Part shown: positions 1 to 7,560 of the stretch, in pieces | How positions within the stretch are numbered: the stretch's first letter is position 1 | Layout: every line of letters starts with the position of its first letter | DNA from: an uncultured Anaerotruncus sp. | GTDB taxonomy: Bacteria; Bacillota; Clostridia; Oscillospirales; CAG-272 | DNA length: 64,000 nucleotides | Direction of reading: 5' to 3' | Assembly (NCBI GenBank): GCA_902461815.1 | Contig: CABPZE010000001.1 | Coordinates: 321,374 to 385,373 of the forward strand | The notes under the pieces: model-generated | Told to the model about the DNA's origin: nothing | The model's input: the letters and a program-made list of their open reading frames with translations, nothing else | The model's database searches: none | Translations under genes and position numbers: made by a program

Positions 1-90
1 AAACTTTCGGCTGAGGACAGAGACGCACTTATTTCAGCTATATCCACTTTGATTGAAAGTGCGGCATCAAACGGGGGCATATCGTCATGA
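1..90 (+). CDS. 3' end of an unidentified CDS (5' end outside window)
   Basis: Frame 1 is open from the window edge (…KLSAEDRDALISAISTLIESAASNGGISS*). It stops at TGA 88-90, overlapping the next ATG in an ATGA junction. No motif recognised. Confidence 0.35.
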   Translation, partial: KLSAEDRDALISAISTLIESAASNGGISS

Positions 91-1031
91 AAAAGCCTTC
101 ACTTTTTGCCGAAATACTCGGGTCTGTGACAAAGTATTTTCTCATACTTGTCACGGTTGTTCTGATCCTGATAGCCTTTTCAGGCGTGCGGATAATTGAC
201 ACCGGAAATGTCGCTGTGATCCTGCGGTTCGGAAAGCTTGTTGGAGATTCATACGATGAACAGGTACATGAGGCGGGGCTTTTGCTTGCTTTTCCTTATA
301 TCATTGATGAAGTAATAACCGTACCCACCGGAAGCGTTATTGAACAAACGGTTTCAACGCATTATACCTCCGGAAATATGACGACCCTGCGGAATAACGG
401 ATATGTGATAACGGGCGACAGGAATATCGCTGTTGTCAGCGCATCTGTAAAATACATTATTTCCGACCCGGTCGCATATGCGCTGAATATTTCCGACATA
501 TCAAAGATAATTGATGCATCCGTAAGCTCGGCAATGGTAAGTCGGGCGGCTGGCACAGCCGTTGACTACCTGCTTACCTCGGGCAAGGATGATTTTGCGC
601 GTGATGTACTGTCTATGGCACAAAGCAAGCTGGATGCCGCGGGAGCAGGTGTTACTATCGGAACAATAGAACTTACCGACATCGGTATGCCCGCTGAAGT
701 CAGAAGCACATATGACGAGGTCAATTCCGCAACGGTACGGGCGGCAACACTGCTTGAACAGGCACTGCAGTACCGCGAAACGCTGATACCGCAGGCTGAA
801 GCCGAAGCCAATCAGCTCATATCATCGGCAAATTCCGAATACTCCGCATCAGTCGCTTACGCGAATGCCGAACTGTCTGAATTCTGGGGAGTGCTTGACG
901 AATATACTCAGAATCCCGAGCTGGTCAGCATACGCATTTACAACACCAAGCTTTCCGAGGCGGTCGGTCGCATTGGAAAGATACGTGTTGTGCAGGACGG
1001 TGAGACACGGATATTTATTTCCGGAAGCTGA
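87..1031 (+). CDS. SPFH/band-7 (prohibitin/HflC-HflK-like) membrane protein
   Basis: 314-aa ORF with an N-terminal TM helix followed by 'IIDTGNVAVILRFGKL…', typical of the SPFH domain. The C-terminal half is Ala/Glu-rich and helical. Confidence 0.7.
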   Translation: MKKPSLFAEILGSVTKYFLILVTVVLILIAFSGVRIIDTGNVAVILRFGKLVGDSYDEQVHEAGLLLAFPYIIDEVITVPTGSVIEQTVSTHYTSGNMTTLRNNGYVITGDRNIAVVSASVKYIISDPVAYALNISDISKIIDASVSSAMVSRAAGTAVDYLLTSGKDDFARDVLSMAQSKLDAAGAGVTIGTIELTDIGMPAEVRSTYDEVNSATVRAATLLEQALQYRETLIPQAEAEANQLISSANSEYSASVAYANAELSEFWGVLDEYTQNPELVSIRIYNTKLSEAVGRIGKIRVVQDGETRIFISGS

Positions 1032-1043
1032 TCGAGGTTTAAT

Positions 1044-2942
1044 ATGGAAAACATAGATAACATGGCTGGCAACAGCCTTGAAGCACTTTCACGCGATAAT
1101 CTTACAGACAGCGGCAAGAAAAAGCTGCGCCGTGAAATAATTTGCGGAGCAATGGCTATCTCGTGTATTATAGTTGGCCTTATTTATTCTGCCGTATTCA
1201 AGAACCGCGCCGTTGTCCCTGCATTGCTGTATACGGTTGGATTTCTTATTGAGGGCATTCCGATCTTTGCCGCCGCGGTTAGGGGGATCATAACCAAAAA
1301 TCTTACCAACGCAATGGAGATACTCGTAGCCATTGCAATTGTCGCCTGCTATTTTACCGGAGATCTGATTCTTGCAGTGCTTATCCCGCTGATCCTCAAT
1401 GCCGTTCATTTCCTTGAGGAACGCAGCATTATGGGCGGAAGAGACGTAATTGACGGACTTAAGAAGATGCAGCAGAGCACCGCATTACTGCTTGACGGAG
1501 AAACTGAAACGACCGTAGATGTAAAGACCCTGAAAAAAGGCAATAAGATCGTTGTGCGTCCTGGGATGGGTATCCCGATTGACGGAACGATAGTATCAGG
1601 AGCGACAAATATCGACCAGAAATCGCTCACCGGAGAGCCTCTCCCTTTTCACGCATCGGTAGGCGACCCGGTTTATGCCGGTACAGTAAACATCGACGGA
1701 AGAATAGTAGTTGAGGTAAAAAAAGAATTTGTCGATACATCGTTTTCGCAAATACTGGCTTTGCTCGAAAAATCGGAAAACATTTCAATTCCGGAATCAC
1801 GCCTTATTGACCGCTTTATGAAATATTATATTCCATTCGTGCTGTCAATAGCGGCGGCAGTGGCGCTTGTGACACGCGATATAAGCAAGGCAATTGCCAT
1901 TCTGGTGGTCTCCTGCCCCTGCGGGCAAATGCTTGTCAGCTCCGCCCCGATGATAGCTGCGCTTTCGGCAGCTACAAAGCGCGGAATACTTATAAAAAAC
2001 TCAAAATTCATTGAGGAGCTTACCGAGATCGACGCAGTGGTATTCGATAAAACCGGAACAGTAACACGCGGCGAGCTTTCAATTACCGGAATATTCCCCT
2101 GTGAAGGCGTAAGCCCCGCGGGGCTGCTATGCGCCGCTGCGTCTGTTGCTGCGGCGTCAACTCATCCGGTTTCGCGCGCTGTCGCGGCAGCGTCTCAGGC
2201 ACAAGACTACCGCCGCGACCTTACCGTCAACGAGCTGTCAGGAAAAGGAATGACCGGTACATCCCCAGACGGTTATACAGTTCATTTCGGTAAACGGGAA
2301 TGGATAGCGGAATTCTGCGAAGTCACCTCCGAGCCGGAAGACGATTCCTGCGGAAGCATAAGCTATGTTGAATGCTGCGGAAAGCTCATGGGATGTATAG
2401 GATTCGGAGACACGATACGAGAAAACGCCTCCGAATGTATTGACGAGCTTCGTACACTGGGTATCTCGCATTCCGTTATGCTGACTGGCGACCGCGAAGC
2501 CGCGGCAAGCGCAATATGCCACAGTGTGGGAATAGACACCTTATATGCACAGCTTCTTCCGCAGGAAAAATACGACCATATGCGCGTACTGAAAGGAGAA
2601 TTTCGCGTTCTTGCGGTAGGAGACGGAATAAATGACGCTCTGGCACTGCGCGAGGCGGACGTCGGAATTTCAATGGGCGCCATGGGGTCGGATCTTGCCA
2701 TCCAATCCTCCGATATTTCTCTTATGAACAACAATCTGATGAACATCCCCTTTGTTGTCAGACTGGCACGCCGCACACGGAGCATAATTTATCAGAATCT
2801 CGCCATTTCTATCGGGATCAGCGTCTGTATGATAGGACTTTCCGCATTCGGCGTCATCAGCGCCCTTGCAGGCTCAGTGCTACATAACCTCGGAGCGTTT
2901 GCTGTACTTATAAACAGTTCAAGGATACTGCGCATCAACTGA
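1044..2942 (+). CDS. Heavy-metal-translocating P1B-type ATPase (no N-terminal metal-binding domain)
   Basis: Motifs present: TGEP ('SLTGEPLP'), membrane CPC ('VSCPCGQ'), phosphorylation site 'FDKTGTVT' and hinge 'VGDGINDA'. GAGG RBS lies 6 nt upstream of the ATG. Confidence 0.85.
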   Translation: MENIDNMAGNSLEALSRDNLTDSGKKKLRREIICGAMAISCIIVGLIYSAVFKNRAVVPALLYTVGFLIEGIPIFAAAVRGIITKNLTNAMEILVAIAIVACYFTGDLILAVLIPLILNAVHFLEERSIMGGRDVIDGLKKMQQSTALLLDGETETTVDVKTLKKGNKIVVRPGMGIPIDGTIVSGATNIDQKSLTGEPLPFHASVGDPVYAGTVNIDGRIVVEVKKEFVDTSFSQILALLEKSENISIPESRLIDRFMKYYIPFVLSIAAAVALVTRDISKAIAILVVSCPCGQMLVSSAPMIAALSAATKRGILIKNSKFIEELTEIDAVVFDKTGTVTRGELSITGIFPCEGVSPAGLLCAAASVAAASTHPVSRAVAAASQAQDYRRDLTVNELSGKGMTGTSPDGYTVHFGKREWIAEFCEVTSEPEDDSCGSISYVECCGKLMGCIGFGDTIRENASECIDELRTLGISHSVMLTGDREAAASAICHSVGIDTLYAQLLPQEKYDHMRVLKGEFRVLAVGDGINDALALREADVGISMGAMGSDLAIQSSDISLMNNNLMNIPFVVRLARRTRSIIYQNLAISIGISVCMIGLSAFGVISALAGSVLHNLGAFAVLINSSRILRIN

Positions 2943-2969
2943 TGATCCAATCAGGGACAAGACAGATGC

Positions 2970-3539
2970 CTACAGAAACACCTGTCGTGTCTGCTTTCCG
3001 TTCAGCGCATCTTTTACCGTTGTTTCAAGAAGAGAAAAATCCGCGACAAGTGAATGAGGCTTGCGCACCGGGTCGTCCTGCCTCATAGGAACAAAATACA
3101 CGCATTTCTTTGAGATCAGTGCGGCAATATTCCTGAAGTTCGCCGACATAGCATCGTTTGTCGCCAAAGCAATAACCAATGGGCGGTCGCATCTGAGATG
3201 TGCTTTTGCAGCCATTGTCACCGATGTATCTGTAATTCCAAGTGCCAGCTTGGCAAGAGTGTTCCCTGTGCAGGGGCAGATGATCATTAAATCAAGCGGC
3301 TCGCTCGGTCCCAGCGGTTCTGCGTCTACAATTGACTTAACGGCATCTCGTCCGCAGAGCTTCTCGGCACGGCTGACGGTATCCTTCGCATTACCAAAGC
3401 GCGTGTCAATTGTAGCTACGTGCTCACTGATTATCGGCACGATCTCCCACTCCGGATTTTTTTCCTTCAAATGCATCAACGCTTCAAGTGATTTTCCTAT
3501 TGTGCAAAAAGAGCCGCACAAAGCATATCCGACTTTCAT
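2970..3539 (-). CDS. spoVFB: Dipicolinate synthase subunit B (flavoprotein family)
   Basis: 189 aa beginning 'MKVGYALCGSFCT…', with 'ICPCTGNTLAKLA…'. The start overlaps the subunit A stop in an ATGA junction. Confidence 0.85.
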   Translation of the reverse strand: MKVGYALCGSFCTIGKSLEALMHLKEKNPEWEIVPIISEHVATIDTRFGNAKDTVSRAEKLCGRDAVKSIVDAEPLGPSEPLDLMIICPCTGNTLAKLALGITDTSVTMAAKAHLRCDRPLVIALATNDAMSANFRNIAALISKKCVYFVPMRQDDPVRKPHSLVADFSLLETTVKDALNGKQTRQVFL

Positions 3540-4435
3540 TCTCCGATTATTCCCTCGCTTTCAAGATAAGACAGCACTGTTTCCCCTATAATTACACCGG
3601 ATGTGACCGGGGCATATTTTCCGGGCAGAGACAGCGCCCATATTGCATTGAGTCCCAGTTTATTTGCCGCGTCAAAATCCACTCCGCCCGGAACTGAGGC
3701 AAGGTCAATGATTACAGTTTCGGGACTTATCTGATGCAATATATCCCCAGACAGAAGCCTTGCGGGTATTGTATTTATTATCAGATCATATCCGTGTGTC
3801 AGACTTACCATACCAAGCAACGGCTTATCCGGATTTATGTGCATCGGGCGCATACCGCATATCTGCGCACGTGCAAGTTCGCTTTTGCTCCTTGCGGCGA
3901 CCGTTACCGCCGCGCCCATTGATCTCAGCAAACCGGCGGTAGCTGAACCGACGCGACCATATCCAAGCACCGCCGCACGGCAGCCGTTGACAGTACATTC
4001 AAGCTCACGCATTGCAATGCACACCGCTCCCTCTGCCGTTGGGAGCGCGTTTTTGATCTTCAGCTCTTCCGAGTCATAATAATCGTATATCTTTCTTCCC
4101 TTTTCATCTGCCGCCTTGCGGAAAAAATCGGGTAGTCTGCCGCCTAATATCGGCGCGTCGCCGACATCAAGAAGCGCCGACAGCTTAAGCCGGCATTCCG
4201 GAGCAAGCGGACAATTCACACGCACGCCGTCAAATGACGCCGGAAGCGGAAGAATGATCGCAGAAGCCTCATTCAAAGCCGAAAGCCAGTCGTCGCACCT
4301 GACCGCTCCTCCAAGCTCACTGCGTGTGTCAAGCCCCCACACAGCGCACTCAAGTCCGCTGTCCGACAAAAAACGTGCTGCCGACGACTGACGCAGATCC
4401 CCGCCGAGCAGCGCTGCTTTAATTCGGTAATTCAT
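3536..4435 (-). CDS. spoVFA: Dipicolinate synthase subunit A
   Basis: Rossmann-type 'VLGYGRVGSATA' and overall DpaA-like sequence. The ORF track starts at 4486, but the internal ATG (MNYRIKAALLGGD…) at 4435 is the more typical N-terminus. The start is uncertain. Confidence 0.8.
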   Translation of the reverse strand: MNYRIKAALLGGDLRQSSAARFLSDSGLECAVWGLDTRSELGGAVRCDDWLSALNEASAIILPLPASFDGVRVNCPLAPECRLKLSALLDVGDAPILGGRLPDFFRKAADEKGRKIYDYYDSEELKIKNALPTAEGAVCIAMRELECTVNGCRAAVLGYGRVGSATAGLLRSMGAAVTVAARSKSELARAQICGMRPMHINPDKPLLGMVSLTHGYDLIINTIPARLLSGDILHQISPETVIIDLASVPGGVDFDAANKLGLNAIWALSLPGKYAPVTSGVIIGETVLSYLESEGIIGE

Positions 4436-4617
4436 CGTTGCCAATACCTTAATAATGTTTTGATTGCGGAGCCGATTCAAAGACATCCGCTGGTACAGAA
4501 TATGAAAAAAAGCCCGGTTTGGTGTCAGATAGCGATCAAATACATTATCGCCAAATACGTCTTATGCAATTTCCGAACACTAAAATTGCGTAATCACGAT
4601 TTTTTTCAAAAAAAGCA

Positions 4618-4646
4618 TTGACATATTACCTCACTTGTGATAAAAT
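4618..4646 (+). promoter_or_regulatory. Sigma-A-type promoter of the met leader/metQNI operon
   Basis: TTGACA (4618-4623), a 17-nt spacer, then TAAAAT (4641-4646), preceded by TG at 4638-4639 (extended -10). Confidence 0.6.
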
Positions 4647-4689
4647 ACAAAACAATAAGTAAGAATCATCGGAAGAAAGGAGAAGCTCC

Positions 4690-4800
4690 ATGCACAATGA
4701 TATTTTTGCCGTTGTCGATATGATGATGCCGATGTGCATGCTCTCCATGCGCATGTTTTGTCGCGCCCTTAGTTCCGATGTGCAGCCTTCCGGGGTCTGA
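4690..4800 (+). CDS. Putative 36-aa Met-rich leader peptide (MHNDIFAVVDMMMPMCMLSMRMFCRALSSDVQPSGV)
   Basis: AAAGGAG RBS at 4676-4682, 7 nt before the ATG at 4690. The ORF has 8 ATG codons, 7 of them within 4720-4755, and stops at TGA 4798-4800. It lies between the promoter and the terminator upstream of metQ. It is below the 60-aa cut-off of the ORF track. Confidence 0.5.
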   Translation: MHNDIFAVVDMMMPMCMLSMRMFCRALSSDVQPSGV

Positions 4801-4829
4801 TATATGGGTCTTACCCACGATGTCAAAAA

Positions 4830-4862
4830 ACGGGAACGCCATCGGCGCTCCCGTTTTATTTT
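4830..4862 (+). terminator. Intrinsic terminator/attenuator in the metQNI leader
   Basis: ACGGGAACGCC (4830-4840) pairs with GGCGCTCCCGT (4844-4854) with one mismatch, followed by TTTTATTTT. It sits 30 nt upstream of the metQ ATG and before its RBS. Confidence 0.7.
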
Positions 4863-4892
4863 ATAAAAACACTCAAACAAAAGGAGTCTGTC

Positions 4893-5765
4893 ATGAAAAA
4901 AACCGTTTCTCTTCTGCTCGCACTTACTCTTGCACTTTTTGCACTCACGTCTCTCGCATCCTGCTCCGGCAAAGGATTTGAGATAGCCGTACCGAACGAT
5001 ACCACCAACGAAGCACGTGCACTGCTTCTGCTTGAGGCTCAGGGTATTATCAAGCTTAAAGAAGGAGTCGGTATGACTGCAACTGTCCGTGACATTGTTG
5101 ATAATCCTTACAATGTCAGCATAAAGGAGGTTGAAGCCGCTCAGATACCCAATATTCTCAAGGACGTAGACTATGCCGTTATCAACTCAAACTATGCAAT
5201 TGACAGCGGTCTTAAGCCGGAAACCGACGCGCTTGCCATCGAAGATAAAGCCTCCGAGGCATGCCTGCGCTACGCAAATATTCTTGCCGTTAAGTCCGGA
5301 AACGAAAATTCCCCCAAGATACTTGCTCTTAAAGCCGCGCTTGAGAGCCAGGCTGTTGCCGACTACATTCAGAAGACCTATGCCGGCAGCGTTATCAGCA
5401 CAGTAGCAACCCCCGGTGACGGTTATGACGCAAATGTGGACTACAATGCGCTTAAGGGCACGACCATCAAGGTAGGCGCGACCCCCAATCCCCATGCCGA
5501 GATCCTCAAAAATGTTGTAAAAGGCATTCTTGAAGCCAAAGGAATCACTCTTGAAATTACTGAATTTACCGATTACGTGATCCCCAACAATGCCGTTGAA
5601 AGCGGCGAGATCGACGCCAACTACTTCCAGCATCTCCCCTACCTTGAGAGCTTCAACAACGAAAAGAACACACACATTGTCTCCGTAGCTTCGATCCACG
5701 TTGAACCTATGGGTCTTTACGGCGGCAAGCAGTCCTCTCTCGACTCACTGAAAAATTCCAAGTAA
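4893..5765 (+). CDS. metQ: Methionine ABC transporter substrate-binding lipoprotein (NlpA/MetQ family)
   Basis: Signal peptide with lipobox 'LASC', NlpA-family sequence, AAGGAG RBS, and immediately followed by metN and metI. Confidence 0.9.
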   Translation: MKKTVSLLLALTLALFALTSLASCSGKGFEIAVPNDTTNEARALLLLEAQGIIKLKEGVGMTATVRDIVDNPYNVSIKEVEAAQIPNILKDVDYAVINSNYAIDSGLKPETDALAIEDKASEACLRYANILAVKSGNENSPKILALKAALESQAVADYIQKTYAGSVISTVATPGDGYDANVDYNALKGTTIKVGATPNPHAEILKNVVKGILEAKGITLEITEFTDYVIPNNAVESGEIDANYFQHLPYLESFNNEKNTHIVSVASIHVEPMGLYGGKQSSLDSLKNSK

Positions 5766-5773
5766 GATCCGGA

Positions 5774-6790
5774 ATGATTGAACTGAGGCATCTTTCCAAG
5801 ACCTTTCCGGGAGCTGACGGCGATGTTGAAGCGTTGCACGATATTTCCCTCAAAGTAAATGACGGAGATATTTTCGGAATCATCGGCGTAAGCGGAGCAG
5901 GAAAAAGCACGCTTGTGCGTTGTATTAATCTGCTTGAACGTCCCACCGAGGGTGAGGTGTTCATAAACGGTAAAAATGTTACCGCCATGACCCCTCAGGA
6001 GCTTCGCGCCCTACGCCGCAAGGTCACAATGATATTTCAGGGCTTTAATCTGCTGATGCAGCGCACCTGTCTTTCCAATATATGCTTTCCGCTTGAGCTT
6101 GCAGGTGTAAAGCGCGCCGACGCACGTCGGCGCGCTTCCGAGCTGCTATCTGTTGTCGGACTTCCGGATAAGGCAAACGCATATCCTGCACAGCTGTCCG
6201 GCGGTCAGCAGCAGCGTATTGCCATAGCACGCGCGCTTGCTACCGATCCCGAGGTTCTGCTCTGCGACGAAGCCACAAGCGCCCTTGATCCCACAACTAC
6301 GCATTCAATTCTTGAGCTGATTCGCGACATTAACAACAAACTCGGAATAACGGTAATTATTATCACCCACCAAATGAGTATAGTCGAGGAAATATGCCGT
6401 AATGTCGCCATACTTGACGGCGGGCGTGTGGTTGAAACCGGAGCTGTATCTGAGGTGTTTTCAAATCCGTCTTCCGACGCGGCACGCAGGCTTGTTTTCC
6501 CTGACGGAGGAAGCCAATTGCTGAAGCTCGTTAAGGGAGAGCGCCGAATACGTGTAGTATTTGACGGAGCGCTTGCAGCAGGCACGCCCATAATTGCTCG
6601 CATGGCAATAGAAAAAGGCATCGCGGCAAACATTCTCGGTGCCTCTACACGATGCATCGGTGAAAAGGTCTACGGAAATATGCTTCTCGGCATTTCCGGC
6701 GGCGATTCTGAGGTTAAGGAAGCTACAGAATACCTGTGCAGCATGGAAAACGTAACCGTGCGTGAAGTCAGCGAAAGGACGGAAAGCTGA
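5774..6790 (+). CDS. metN: Methionine ABC transporter ATP-binding protein with C-terminal NIL domain
   Basis: Walker A 'GVSGAGKST', signature 'LSGGQQQR' and Walker B 'LLCDEATSALD'. The C-terminal ~100 aa resemble a NIL regulatory domain. Confidence 0.92.
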   Translation: MIELRHLSKTFPGADGDVEALHDISLKVNDGDIFGIIGVSGAGKSTLVRCINLLERPTEGEVFINGKNVTAMTPQELRALRRKVTMIFQGFNLLMQRTCLSNICFPLELAGVKRADARRRASELLSVVGLPDKANAYPAQLSGGQQQRIAIARALATDPEVLLCDEATSALDPTTTHSILELIRDINNKLGITVIIITHQMSIVEEICRNVAILDGGRVVETGAVSEVFSNPSSDAARRLVFPDGGSQLLKLVKGERRIRVVFDGALAAGTPIIARMAIEKGIAANILGASTRCIGEKVYGNMLLGISGGDSEVKEATEYLCSMENVTVREVSERTES

Positions 6791-6791
6791 A

Positions 6792-7499
6792 ATGGGACAG
6801 TTGTTTTCTTCTGAAGCATGGACCGAGGCTCTTGATATAATAAAGACCGAATTTCCTATGGCTGTATGGGAGACCATATATGTCACATTGCTTTCAACGG
6901 TTTTTGCGATAATACTCGGACTTCCGCTCGGCGTTCTGCTGGTCGTCGGGCAAAAAAACGGTATTCTTCCCCTCCCGAATTGGATTATGACGACGCTTGA
7001 CGTTGTAATCAACCTGCTTCGTTCGATACCGTTCCTTATCCTGATGATCCTTGTATTTCCGCTGACACGTCTTATAACCGGAACAACAATAGGAACACCC
7101 GCAAGCATTGTACCGCTTGTTATTGCGGCATTTCCCTTTGTGGCACGTCTTGTCGAAGGAAGTTTGCGGGAGCTGAATCCCAACATAATCGAGGCTGCAC
7201 AGAGCATGGGAGCAACTCCTATGCAGATAATATGCAAGGTAATGATTCCGGAAAGCATACCAAGCCTGATCTCAAACGCGACCATAGCCGTTACAACCAT
7301 ACTTGGTTATTCGGCAATGAGCGGAATTATCGGCGGCGGCGGTCTTGGCAAAATAGCGATCAATTACGGTTGGTACCGTTATCGCTATATTGTTATGATC
7401 TTTGCCGTTATCCTGCTTGTCGCTCTGGTTCAGATAATTCAGACTGTGGGAAATAAGCTCGCAACACACTCGGATAAAAGAATAAAAAACAAAAACTGA
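6792..7499 (+). CDS. metI: Methionine ABC transporter permease
   Basis: Polytopic permease with an EAA-like loop ('IEAAQSMGATPMQII'). I prefer the ATG at 6792 (MGQLFS…), just after the metN stop. The track ORF begins at 6762 inside metN. Confidence 0.9.
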   Translation: MGQLFSSEAWTEALDIIKTEFPMAVWETIYVTLLSTVFAIILGLPLGVLLVVGQKNGILPLPNWIMTTLDVVINLLRSIPFLILMILVFPLTRLITGTTIGTPASIVPLVIAAFPFVARLVEGSLRELNPNIIEAAQSMGATPMQIICKVMIPESIPSLISNATIAVTTILGYSAMSGIIGGGGLGKIAINYGWYRYRYIVMIFAVILLVALVQIIQTVGNKLATHSDKRIKNKN

Positions 7500-7509
7500 A
7501 CAATAAAAC

Positions 7510-7560
7510 GATGGGATCTGCTGTCAATGAGAAATGTAACAGCGGATCCCATCATTTTTT
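7510..7560. terminator. Bidirectional intrinsic terminator between metI and pcrA
   Basis: GATGGGATCTGCTGT (7510-7524) pairs with ACAGCGGATCCCATC (7539-7553). T-run ATTTTTT follows on the + strand and TTTTATT on the - strand. Confidence 0.8.

Noticed and set aside
4436-4560. Possible sporulation-sigma (sigma-K-like CATA…TA) promoter upstream of spoVFA
   Set aside because: Only a partial match (CATATTCTG) was seen, and the -35 'AC' is uninformative. This is too weak to annotate from sequence alone.
4650-4892. Expected SAM-I (S-box) riboswitch or Met T-box in the metQNI leader
   Set aside because: I could not find the conserved S-box core, a T-box sequence or specifier-loop architecture by eye. 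This needs confirmation with a covariance-model scan and is not proof of absence.
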